Source of the DNA: Gammaproteobacteria bacterium
Lineage (GTDB): Bacteria; Pseudomonadota; Gammaproteobacteria; UBA4575
Direction of reading: 5' to 3'
Assembly (NCBI GenBank): GCA_965227695.1
Contig: OZ245760.1
Span: 174,619-238,618 of the forward strand
DNA: 64,000 nt
Shown: piece after piece, positions 19,015-27,957 of the stretch
Layout of the letters: every line of letters begins with the position of its first letter
Position numbering within the stretch: position 1 is the first letter of the stretch
The notes under the pieces: model-generated
Databases searched by the model: none
Seen by the model: only the letters and a program-made list of their open reading frames with translations
What the model was told of the DNA's origin: nothing
Made by a program: the position numbers and the translations under genes

Positions 19015-19563
19015 ATGTCCGAGAAAATAGTCATGCGTGTTGGAGAATCACTTGTAGCGGGTGGTCCACCGGGTACAGCGGCAGAACCAGAAGTAATCAT
19101 CGGAGAACTGGACGGACCGGTTGGCACGGCATTTGCCACCCTGCTTGGTGACCAGGTCAAGGGACATTCGCGCGTTCTTGCCATCATGAATACCGATATT
19201 CAGGTAAGGCCTTCAACCTTGATGGTGAGCAAAGTCACTGTGAAAGATGAACGTTATACCAATATTCTAATGGGTACCGTTCAGGCCGCCATTTCAAATG
19301 GTGTACTGGATGCTGTTCGCACTGGCGATATTCCCAAAGAAAAAGCCAATGATCTTGGAATAATCGTCTCAGTGTGGTTAAACCCAATGGTCGCCAAAGC
19401 CGATGATCTTGATCACAAAATCCTATTTGATATTCACCGCAAAGCAATGGCCAGCGCTATCCACAAAGCGATGAACAACGAACCGGATATAGACTGGTTA
19501 CTGGAAAACCAGGAACAAATCACACACAAATATTTTCAAATGGGTTTGGACGGCAAAATTTAA
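19015..19563 (+). CDS. fae: Formaldehyde-activating enzyme paralogue (Fae2/Fae3-like)
   Basis: VGESLV, GPVGTAFA, P.TLMVSKVTVK and G.VQAAI..GVLDAV..G.IP Fae-family motifs; AAGGAG RBS. Confidence 0.85.
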   Translation: MSEKIVMRVGESLVAGGPPGTAAEPEVIIGELDGPVGTAFATLLGDQVKGHSRVLAIMNTDIQVRPSTLMVSKVTVKDERYTNILMGTVQAAISNGVLDAVRTGDIPKEKANDLGIIVSVWLNPMVAKADDLDHKILFDIHRKAMASAIHKAMNNEPDIDWLLENQEQITHKYFQMGLDGKI

Positions 19564-19574
19564 GTCTGAATACA

Positions 19575-19609
19575 TTTTGGGGCAGTCAAAGCAGATGGCT
19601 GCCCCAAAA
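19575..19609. terminator. Stem-loop between the convergent fae and VPLPA genes
   Basis: TTTTGGGGCAGTCA-aagcaga-TGGCTGCCCCAAAA; strong stem but no trailing U-tract on either strand. Confidence 0.45.
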
Positions 19610-19680
19610 CATCTGGCTATTTTTGTTATTTAAAATCCTGCCTTCTTGATCAAATAGTCCATTATTTCTTGAGATAATTT

Positions 19681-20403
19681 TCAGTGCATGCCTGCGCTGT
19701 TCCGTGCACGTGAAAATCCGGCCAGCGCTGCGATCCCTGCGCCTAAAAACCATATTGCTGCGGGTAGAGGTACAGGATTAACCTCAACACTTATGCCGCC
19801 GGATTTCTTCTGGATAAAGGCAAATCCGTCTGCATCGTCGGTATCTGCAAGCAGATTATTTTGAATCTGGAAGTTAATGCTGGTCTCTTCCGTCCACTCC
19901 CAGTCGTTATTATTTTCAAGCGTCCAGGCATTCAGCGCAGAGAGATCATCAGGCGAGGTAATAGAACCAGTTTCGGAGAAACTGACGCTCGAGGCCGCGG
20001 TCCCATTGATTGTCTGGGTATTGCTGGTGACCTGGGTACGAATAGATGCACTTACCTCTGACCCTTGACCGCTCAGAGTATAATCACCCGTTTCAATGAC
20101 ACTCAGCGCGTCGAGAAAAAATCCACTGCCAGAAAGGGAATTGATAATAATATTTAAAGTATCCGTCACCAGAACCGGCGCGGTATTCCCCGAGGTCTGG
20201 TTCAGAAAGTTCACCGGGTTAAAGTTGATACTATTGCCAACAACATTGCCAACCCCGAATAAGGTAGAATCATCATAGGTAAATGAGACATCCGTCCCAT
20301 TGACCGTAACCATTGCCGCACTCGCATTGAGCGAGCTCACGCATAATATGATCGCTGACACCAAAGACATCACTAAGCGACTAAATTTCATGTTTATCCC
20401 CAA
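19681..20403 (-). CDS. Secreted surface protein with VPLPA-CTERM (PEP-CTERM-type) sorting signal
   Basis: Signal peptide; S/T/N/D-rich body; C-terminal PVPLPAAIWFLGAGIAALAGFSRAR (motif + TM + basic tail). Confidence 0.85.
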   Translation of the reverse strand: MGINMKFSRLVMSLVSAIILCVSSLNASAAMVTVNGTDVSFTYDDSTLFGVGNVVGNSINFNPVNFLNQTSGNTAPVLVTDTLNIIINSLSGSGFFLDALSVIETGDYTLSGQGSEVSASIRTQVTSNTQTINGTAASSVSFSETGSITSPDDLSALNAWTLENNNDWEWTEETSINFQIQNNLLADTDDADGFAFIQKKSGGISVEVNPVPLPAAIWFLGAGIAALAGFSRARNSAGMH

Positions 20404-20824
20404 TATTCGAAAAATCTAAAACCCGGTAAATTGATTACTACAAATTGATTTGGCAAATTGACTTGGCACCAATTCAATCTACATCACCACGTGCTCGGTG
20501 GCTTAAGTATAAAAAAATCAGTGGTAATTAAAAATAAATTTCTGATGAATGTTTAATGATAAAATTGTCACATTTGCGGAAAACCTGAGTGTGACCCTGC
20601 AAAATGTTATACTTCATACTTAGATTTTATATGGGTTTTCATCCCAACTGTTCGAGATTGATGTATTTACAAATTTTCCCGACCGGCTCCTTGTCGAAGC
20701 TCTTAAGACTGGTGAAAAAAACCGACATTGTTCTGTCCAGAAGCTGGCTATGATGGGGTTTATCCACAACCGGGCAATAAAAGTGACACTCAGGCAATCA
20801 ACTTAAATTGAAGCTACTTCCTAT

Positions 20825-21727
20825 ATGGTGAATTTACCGACGGTTAAACAACTGAGATACCTGGTAGCACTTGAAAAGCATTTGCATTTTGGAAAAGCTG
20901 CCGAAGCATGCTTTGTGACTCAGTCCGCTTTTAGCGTGGCAATTAAAGAGCTTGAAACGATACTCAATACCTCGCTCGTGGATCGCACCAACAGGAGTGT
21001 TGTATTTACCTCGACGGGAACGCTGGTTGCGCAACAGGCCCGCCTGGCACTTTTTGACATGGAAGGCATCCTTGACATTGCCAGGGCGAACCAGCAGCCA
21101 TTAAGTGGACCACTAAAGATGGGGGTCATACCCACGATTGCGCCTTTTTTACTGCCACGCATATTACCCGCCATACGCAAACGATACCCGAAACTCGAGT
21201 TATATCTGAAAGAAGAGCAGACGCACCATATACACCAGCTACTGCTTGATGGTGAACTTGATCTATTATTACTCGCACTTCCCGTTCACCTGACCAATAC
21301 AGAATCGATCAGTATCTTCAATGACCCTTTCAATCTTGCCTATCGCAAAGGCACCAAGCTGATTGATCCGGAGAACTTTTCTCCGAACAAGCTGAATGAA
21401 TCATCGATCCTTCTCCTCGAAGACGGCCATTGCCTGCGCGACCATGCAATGAGCGCATGTAATATTTCAAGGAAAGAAAAAATCAGTAAATTTTCTGCCA
21501 GCAGTCTATATACATTGATACAAATGGTGGACAGCGACCTCGGCGTCACCTTCGTGCCACAGATGGCGATTGACAGCGGTATACTCAAACACACCAGAGT
21601 CTCTACCTCGCCAATGAAAGATAAGTCGTATCGTGAAATTGGTCTGGCCTGGCGCAAGTCCAGTGTGAGAAAACCCGAGTTCAATCTTCTGGCAAAAATT
21701 ATATCTGATTGTATCAACCGCCAGTGA
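20825..21727 (+). CDS. oxyR: Hydrogen peroxide-sensing LysR regulator OxyR
   Basis: LysR HTH; GVIPTIAPFLLP; LLEDGHCLRDHAMSAC with both redox cysteines (C-x8-C); SLYTLIQMV. Confidence 0.88.
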   Translation: MVNLPTVKQLRYLVALEKHLHFGKAAEACFVTQSAFSVAIKELETILNTSLVDRTNRSVVFTSTGTLVAQQARLALFDMEGILDIARANQQPLSGPLKMGVIPTIAPFLLPRILPAIRKRYPKLELYLKEEQTHHIHQLLLDGELDLLLLALPVHLTNTESISIFNDPFNLAYRKGTKLIDPENFSPNKLNESSILLLEDGHCLRDHAMSACNISRKEKISKFSASSLYTLIQMVDSDLGVTFVPQMAIDSGILKHTRVSTSPMKDKSYREIGLAWRKSSVRKPEFNLLAKIISDCINRQ

Positions 21728-21770
21728 AGGGTCTTGCGCTTTCATGAAACAACCATTACACATTTTCTAT

Positions 21771-21800
21771 AAAAAAAGCCCCGCGGGGTTAGGCGGGGCT
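21771..21800 (-). terminator. Rho-independent terminator (minus strand)
   Basis: Minus strand reads AGCCCCGC-ctaacccc-GCGGGGCT followed by a T-run. Confidence 0.85.
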
Positions 21801-21852
21801 GACGGCTTAGTGTGAATCGGCTTAGTAATACGGAGGCAACAACTAAGCACAT
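21771..21852 (-). ncRNA. Candidate ~82-nt sigma54-dependent small RNA
   Basis: Bounded by a sigma54 promoter and an intrinsic terminator; 5' hairpin GCTTAGT/ACTAAGC with a CCTCC-containing loop; no RBS for a peptide. Confidence 0.55.
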
Positions 21853-21862
21853 ATATGAGCAA

Positions 21863-21878
21863 TGCAGGAGTTATGCCA
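21863..21878 (-). promoter_or_regulatory. Sigma54 (RpoN) -24/-12 promoter
   Basis: Minus strand TGGCAT-AACTC-CTGCA with GG-N10-GC spacing; AT-rich upstream region. Confidence 0.6.
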
Positions 21879-21987
21879 GCGATATATTAGCAGCCAATAC
21901 AGATAGTTAATATTTTTCGAATGAATCCCACCTATTTATTTGCACTAATCCGGCACACTTCATGCTTTAGCGTGAAGCAATACCTGA

Positions 21988-23379
21988 CTAATGAATGACA
22001 CTGATATCTTTCCAGCGACCGCGTTTAAAACGCATATAAAAGACACCGCAATACAACATCACATGAATAGTCAGTATCCACCACAGTACTAATAACTCCT
22101 CATCAAAAAATTGTACATATAAATAGCATGGCAATACCAGGCAACCAAGTGATACAAGAAAACTCATCCTCATAATAAATCTGGTATCACCCGCTCCTTC
22201 AAGCGCTCCCATAAATACCAGAAAAATGGCATCACATAAGCCAAAAAATGCAATGAATCGCAGCAATACAATAATCAACTGTTTATCCTCCTGGGTATTT
22301 CCCAGTTCGCCATATGATGAGAATGGGTGAATAAAAATAGAAGGTATCAGCAAGTATAATAATGCCAGGGTTCCGAAAAAAATAATCGCGATATGTATAC
22401 CGGACCAGGTGGCTTTTTCCGCAAGCCATGGTTTTTGCTCACCAAGACGCTGACCGACAATAACAGAAACACCGATCATCAGGCCCACCATGGGCAAAAA
22501 CGATAATGCATTTATATTAATCGCGATATTACTTATCGCAAGTTCACGTGTCCCTATTTGACCCATAAACATAAGGAAGGCAGTAAGTGAGGACATATCG
22601 ATAAACAGCCTCATCCCGTTAGGCATTCCGTAATGAATTAATCGTGTGAATAAACGATAGTTAAATTTCCAGCCGCTATAAACCTGATATAAACATTCAT
22701 GCTGTGTACGAAAAACCAACATAAGCAAAACCAGGCAACCTGAAATCACGGCGACGTTCGTTGCTATTGCAGCCCCATAAATGCCCATCACCGGAAATCC
22801 AAGCTTGCCAAATATCAGCAGATAATCAAGCGCGATGTTAATAATGGCAATTAATACATTGACCCACATCACTAGGATTGTTTTGCCCATGCCAGAGAAA
22901 AAGCTGTACAAAACATTATTCATTACCACAAAAATCGCTGAATACATCAACGTCTTAAAGTAGATAGTTTCCAGATCTTGTACTTGCTGTGAATGACCGA
23001 CAAATGCAAAGAACTCATCAGCAAAAACATAGGCAGGAATAACACACAGTAAAGAAAATAAACTAAAATAAATGCCCTGCCATATGATGGCACCAATCAT
23101 TGTTTGCTCTTTAGCACCAAAATACTGAGCGACAAAGGTATTTACATATGCGGCAGTTCCAATAAAAAAACATAGCATCGAAAAACTTGCTAACCCGGCA
23201 GGCACCGCTGCAGCAATCGATTCAGGAGAGTCCCAGGATAAAAACATACGATCGAAAAAAATCAGCAGGCTCCACGAGCCTGTGCTAAATATCAAAGGGA
23301 CCGCAATAACCAGCAATTCCCGGTAGCCGCCTTGCGCTGACCAGCGCTGCTTCAAAAAGCCTGTCATATAATTCAGCAC
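21988..23379 (-). CDS. MATE family efflux transporter
   Basis: About 12 TMs; D..FL, VAQYFGA, LDYLLIFG..GFP.MG..GAAIAT and GALEGAGDT motifs. Confidence 0.9.
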   Translation of the reverse strand: MLNYMTGFLKQRWSAQGGYRELLVIAVPLIFSTGSWSLLIFFDRMFLSWDSPESIAAAVPAGLASFSMLCFFIGTAAYVNTFVAQYFGAKEQTMIGAIIWQGIYFSLFSLLCVIPAYVFADEFFAFVGHSQQVQDLETIYFKTLMYSAIFVVMNNVLYSFFSGMGKTILVMWVNVLIAIINIALDYLLIFGKLGFPVMGIYGAAIATNVAVISGCLVLLMLVFRTQHECLYQVYSGWKFNYRLFTRLIHYGMPNGMRLFIDMSSLTAFLMFMGQIGTRELAISNIAININALSFLPMVGLMIGVSVIVGQRLGEQKPWLAEKATWSGIHIAIIFFGTLALLYLLIPSIFIHPFSSYGELGNTQEDKQLIIVLLRFIAFFGLCDAIFLVFMGALEGAGDTRFIMRMSFLVSLGCLVLPCYLYVQFFDEELLVLWWILTIHVMLYCGVFYMRFKRGRWKDISVIH

Positions 23380-23600
23380 TTGGTACTCAGATCCTGATTT
23401 ACGGTTAAATATAATTATTCAGGCTACATGCTTTTCAGAGATAAACGTGACCCAGGAGAAAGGTGGGTTATCTTTATTTGCAAACTCGATGTTAATAATT
23501 TTTGAATATATAACATTTTTATATTTTGCAAATTATTAACTGTAGTTAAACACCCAAGAGCAACCAGGCACTCGTCACAAGGTTCAAACATGCCCGCGAT

Positions 23601-24689
23601 TTAGGAATCTGCGCTTTGTGTCTTTTCAAGCTGTAATGCCGCAATCACTTCTGGATGTGCAATAGATGACATCTGAAATTGACTGATCATATAGTTCATC
23701 ACACGCACTTTAGCCCAGGGTATTAACAGCCCTGCACTCAGGATAATAGCAAACATATTGGTTAAATAAATATACATCATCGGCTTTACCTCAAGTAATC
23801 CATTAAAAGACATCAACGGCACCACCGCTGACACTGGCCGAACATCCTTAAAATTGATGAGTAATGTGCTTGACCATACCATGTTGAATATTTTTGTTTT
23901 TAAATATGCAAGCGCTAGAACATACCCGACGGATGCAAACAGCAACAATATCGCGAATGACAGGAATATCGCTGTCCTTATATCTACCGCCCTGGAGGGA
24001 TCATTTGCGCCAAGAAAAAAAAGAGTTAGTTGATCCCCATAAAGAATTGCCGCACTGAGTGCACCCATAACAATACTGAGCAATACAATAATTAGCGCGA
24101 TTGAATAGTATCGATAGAAATGACCTGCACTAGCCCTGAAATTAAAGACGTGATTTCCATACTGATGGTTATCTATTTTGAATTTGGTAATAACGTATTT
24201 GTAATACGGGTAAATTAACCCGAGTGTCAGAGGAATTAGAACCCCCAGTCCTGTGATCCATTTTGCTGCTTCGCTTAAATTTTTATTGAATGAGAAATTT
24301 ATAGCTCGATATGAAGAATGGCGCGCATCACAGGCCAGGCTTTGCAGCGCGAACCATGGCAGAATCAGGAAAAAAACTAACAACATTACTATTATCAAAG
24401 ACGGGATAAAGTACGCTGTTATCAAGCTGATTCCAAGCAAGACGAATAGAAGCAGCCTTTGTTTTAGCATCACCACTGGATTTGGATTATAGCCAAGAGG
24501 CGAGTCAGCAATGATCGTATTTGAATAAAAAAACTGCTTTTCCCGTATTTTTGCCCAGGGTGAGTAAACACCTAGCGTCAGCAAGTTAAGAAATAAATTG
24601 ATAATCCAGATTCTGAAATAATCACCTGTATGCCCTATAAAATCCACACCTACGGGCTTTAGCATTTTATCTTTTATTTCAAAGTCCAT
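23601..24689 (-). CDS. YjgN / DUF898 family inner-membrane protein
   Basis: F.G..GDYFRIWIINLFL..LTLGVYSPWAK.R and GLLIPWAKVR motifs. Confidence 0.85.
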   Translation of the reverse strand: MDFEIKDKMLKPVGVDFIGHTGDYFRIWIINLFLNLLTLGVYSPWAKIREKQFFYSNTIIADSPLGYNPNPVVMLKQRLLLFVLLGISLITAYFIPSLIIVMLLVFFLILPWFALQSLACDARHSSYRAINFSFNKNLSEAAKWITGLGVLIPLTLGLIYPYYKYVITKFKIDNHQYGNHVFNFRASAGHFYRYYSIALIIVLLSIVMGALSAAILYGDQLTLFFLGANDPSRAVDIRTAIFLSFAILLLFASVGYVLALAYLKTKIFNMVWSSTLLINFKDVRPVSAVVPLMSFNGLLEVKPMMYIYLTNMFAIILSAGLLIPWAKVRVMNYMISQFQMSSIAHPEVIAALQLEKTQSADS

Positions 24690-24784
24690 GATAAATCAAG
24701 CGAATCATGATATCAGTAATATTTAAAGTCACATGCCATGAAACTAATAGCGCAAATTCTGGCAATATAGCCAGTGACAAAATT

Positions 24785-25699
24785 TCACGAAACGCCACCG
24801 CGTTTTCTTTGTACTATTTTGTTGGATATTTTGCCAATATTTTCAACTTCGCACTCCACTATATCACCGGGCATCAAGAACTCGGGTGGTGTTCTCGCAT
24901 ATCCGACTCCACTGGGTGTTCCCGTAGCAATAATATCTCCTGCTTCCAATTCCATTCCCTGGGACAATACAGATATCACGTTGGCAATTTTAAAAATCTG
25001 ATGGCGGGTATTTGATTCCTGCTTCAGATCTCCATTCACCCAGCTGCGCAACTGAAGACTATGCGGGTCATCAATTTCATCGGCTGTTACGATTACAGGT
25101 CCCATGGGACAACAGCCTTTGTAACTTTTTCCTATATAAAACTGTTTATGCCATTTCTGCCTGTCTCTTGCAGTTACATCATTGATGACTGTATATCCAA
25201 ATACATGCTGCATGGCATTTTCCTGACTTATACCAAGACCAGATTTCCCAATGATAACCCCCAGTTCAGCTTCCCAGTCCATTTTGGCGGACACGGCAGT
25301 ATCAATTTCGATATCGCTGTAGGGCCCGTTCATGCTATTGGCCGCCTTGGTAAATACTACCGGAGACCTGGGCAGTTTTACTTGTTCCTGGCTTTCACCT
25401 GTTGTTTCGGATACGTGATCGAGATAATTCAGGCCAAGACATATGATATTTTGTCTTGGCCTGGGGATGGGTGAATGAAGCTTGACATTTTTTCTATCTA
25501 CACAAAATGCGTCTTCAGGGTTTGATGACAATTCAGTTAGTTGTTTCCACGCCATCTCGCCAGCATCCAGCAGCGCGAGCATGGAATTAATGGATGCATC
25601 CCATTTCGGATGACGATACGGAAGGAATATACGCTCGTCCCTTTCAACACCCAGCCAAATTTTACTATCAAACTCACAGCTAACTAATCGCATAGACAC
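24785..25699 (-). CDS. Fumarylacetoacetate hydrolase family protein
   Basis: ICLGLNYLDH, DWEAELGVIIG, GYTVINDVTARD and ATGTPSGVG motifs. Confidence 0.9.
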   Translation of the reverse strand: MSMRLVSCEFDSKIWLGVERDERIFLPYRHPKWDASINSMLALLDAGEMAWKQLTELSSNPEDAFCVDRKNVKLHSPIPRPRQNIICLGLNYLDHVSETTGESQEQVKLPRSPVVFTKAANSMNGPYSDIEIDTAVSAKMDWEAELGVIIGKSGLGISQENAMQHVFGYTVINDVTARDRQKWHKQFYIGKSYKGCCPMGPVIVTADEIDDPHSLQLRSWVNGDLKQESNTRHQIFKIANVISVLSQGMELEAGDIIATGTPSGVGYARTPPEFLMPGDIVECEVENIGKISNKIVQRKRGGVS

Positions 25700-25757
25700 A
25701 CACTCCCATGGTAATGAATTATTCCGCTAAATTTCCCAAACAATTTAATGTTGTATC

Positions 25758-25775
25758 ATGTAAGCTTGCTTACAT
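25758..25775. promoter_or_regulatory. Inverted repeat, putative repressor operator
   Basis: ATGTAAGC-tt-GCTTACAT in the 119-bp divergent intergenic region. Confidence 0.4.
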
Positions 25776-25818
25776 ATTGCCGGTCTATATCTGAATTTAC
25801 CACCACCACAAGCTTGTC

Positions 25819-27948
25819 GTGAAGAGAATTATAATATTTTTAATTATCGTTGCATTGATTATTTTAACCATAGTTCTCTTTGATCTGGGCCACTACTTCT
25901 CTTTTAGTGAACTGGTATCGAAACAGGCCGCCCTGCATGCCATCGTTGAAAAGCAGCCTTATCTAATGGCAGCTATTTATTTTTTAATCTACGTCATTGT
26001 TGCTGCTGCATCAATTCCGGGCGCAGCGATACTAACGCTTACTGGTGGCGCGTTATTCGGGCTGTATGCTGGAACGCTGCTTGTCTCATTTGCTTCCACG
26101 ATTGGTGCTTTGTGTGCGTTTTTAGTTGCACGTTTTTTATTACATGATTTTGTTCAGTTAAAATTTTCTGACCGCCTTGCATTTATTAACCATAAAGTCA
26201 AAACAGAAGGAATTTTTTATTTATTTTTCTTACGCCTTGTCCCAATATTTCCTTTTTTTGTGATCAACCTGTTACTTGCTCTAACACCAATACGCACCTG
26301 GACTTTTTATTGGGTAAGCCAGGCAGGCATGCTTCCTGCAACGCTCATTTATGTCAATGCTGGCACTCAGCTGGCTAAAATATCATCCCCGTCAGATATC
26401 GTTTCCCCTCCTCTCTTATTTGCACTTACGCTTCTTGGTTTAATGCCCTTTATTACAAATCAACTTATGCTCTCTCTAAAAAAGCGCATTTTATATAAAA
26501 AATTTAACAAGCCTTCTTCTTTTCAATATAACACCATCATAGTTGGTGGCGGCGCTGCCGGACTTGTCGCGGCTTACACAACAAAGACCCTGCAGGGTAA
26601 AGCGCTTCTGATTGAACAAAATAAAATGGGAGGAGATTGCCTCAATACCGGATGTGTTCCATCCAAAGCCATCTTACGTAGTGCCAAGTATGTTTCTGAT
26701 ATAAAAAAACATAGGCAATTTGGCATTACCCGTGCGGTCTGTGAGTTTGAATATAAAGATATACTGAATCGCATCAAAAGCATCATTTCTGAGATAGAAC
26801 CCAAGGATTCCATGGAACGTTACAGCGCACTGGGCGTTGATTGCCAGCAAGGCAAGGCCACTGTCATATCGCCATGGGAAGTACAGGTTAATGGCAATAC
26901 TTTCACAGCGAAAAATCTCATTATCGCAACAGGTGCGCGTCCAGACATCCCTGAAATTGTTAATCTTGAACAGACACCCTATTTCACCACGGAAACAATC
27001 TGGTCACTAAGCGAGCTGCCGGAAAAACTACTTGTCATTGGCGCCGGACCTATTGGCTGTGAACTTGGACAGGCCTTCGCCAGGCTTGGTTGCAGTGTGA
27101 CTATCGTTCAACGCGGTACAGGTATACTGCCCAAAGAAGACAGGGACGCCGCAAGTCTTGTCGGGCAGTCCTTACAAACTGACAATGTCACGCTGATAAA
27201 CCGTTTTCATGCTTGCGAAATTAGCCGTCAAAACAATGAATATGTGATGACAGGCTCGAGGGATAATGAAAAAATTACGATTACTTTTACACATTTATTA
27301 ATTGCAACCGGCAGAAAAGCACGCCTTGAAGGTCTCGAACGTCTCGATTTAACTCTCAATAGTGAAGGTAAAATTGTAACCAACACTGCCCTGCAAACTA
27401 ATTATCCCAATATATTCGCCTGTGGTGACGTGACAAGTCCTTTACAGTACACGCATGCTGCCTCACACCAGGCATGGTACGCGGCCTTTAACGCACTTTT
27501 TCAGCCTATTAAAAAAATAAACTGCCGTCTCGATAATATCCCTCGCGCGATTTTCACCGAACCTGAAATTGCCAGCCTCGGCATCACTGAAGAAGAAACC
27601 CGCGAGAGCAATAAAGACTATCAAATCACTACCTTTCCTATGGATGATATTGATCGCGCAATCACGGATAATGTGACTACTGGATTTATCAAGGTGATTA
27701 CGCCTAAAAATAGTGACAAAATTTCTGGCGTATGTATTGTCGGCCATCATGCTGGTGAGTTAATCGCAGAATTCGCATTGGCAAAAACCAATGGACTGGG
27801 CTTGAATAGTATTTTGAAAACAGTACATATCTATCCCACCCAAAGCGAGATCAATCGAATGGTTGCCGGCAAATGGCGTCGTACCAGGCTCACTGAAGCC
27901 ACCATTAACCTACTTAAAAAATACCAACAGTGGAGACTGGGAAATTAG
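25819..27948 (+). CDS. DedA/VTT (TVP38) domain fused to a class-I pyridine nucleotide-disulfide oxidoreductase
   Basis: N-terminal TM domain with PGA..LTL.GG.LFG and LRLVP.FPFF.IN; GGGAAG, GGDCLNTGCVPSK redox disulfide, GAGPIGCE and C-terminal HIYPT..E; no MerA C-terminal Cys pair. Confidence 0.9.
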   Translation: MKRIIIFLIIVALIILTIVLFDLGHYFSFSELVSKQAALHAIVEKQPYLMAAIYFLIYVIVAAASIPGAAILTLTGGALFGLYAGTLLVSFASTIGALCAFLVARFLLHDFVQLKFSDRLAFINHKVKTEGIFYLFFLRLVPIFPFFVINLLLALTPIRTWTFYWVSQAGMLPATLIYVNAGTQLAKISSPSDIVSPPLLFALTLLGLMPFITNQLMLSLKKRILYKKFNKPSSFQYNTIIVGGGAAGLVAAYTTKTLQGKALLIEQNKMGGDCLNTGCVPSKAILRSAKYVSDIKKHRQFGITRAVCEFEYKDILNRIKSIISEIEPKDSMERYSALGVDCQQGKATVISPWEVQVNGNTFTAKNLIIATGARPDIPEIVNLEQTPYFTTETIWSLSELPEKLLVIGAGPIGCELGQAFARLGCSVTIVQRGTGILPKEDRDAASLVGQSLQTDNVTLINRFHACEISRQNNEYVMTGSRDNEKITITFTHLLIATGRKARLEGLERLDLTLNSEGKIVTNTALQTNYPNIFACGDVTSPLQYTHAASHQAWYAAFNALFQPIKKINCRLDNIPRAIFTEPEIASLGITEEETRESNKDYQITTFPMDDIDRAITDNVTTGFIKVITPKNSDKISGVCIVGHHAGELIAEFALAKTNGLGLNSILKTVHIYPTQSEINRMVAGKWRRTRLTEATINLLKKYQQWRLGN

Positions 27949-27957
27949 ACCACCTTT

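Noticed and set aside
20596-20615. Sigma54 promoter for the VPLPA gene (minus strand GTATAACATTTTGCA)
   Set aside because: The -12 TTGCA is present but the invariant -24 GG is replaced by GT.
25819-27948. Mercuric reductase (merA) call
   Set aside because: No C-terminal Cys-Cys pair, no NmerA domain and no merR/merT/merP context.
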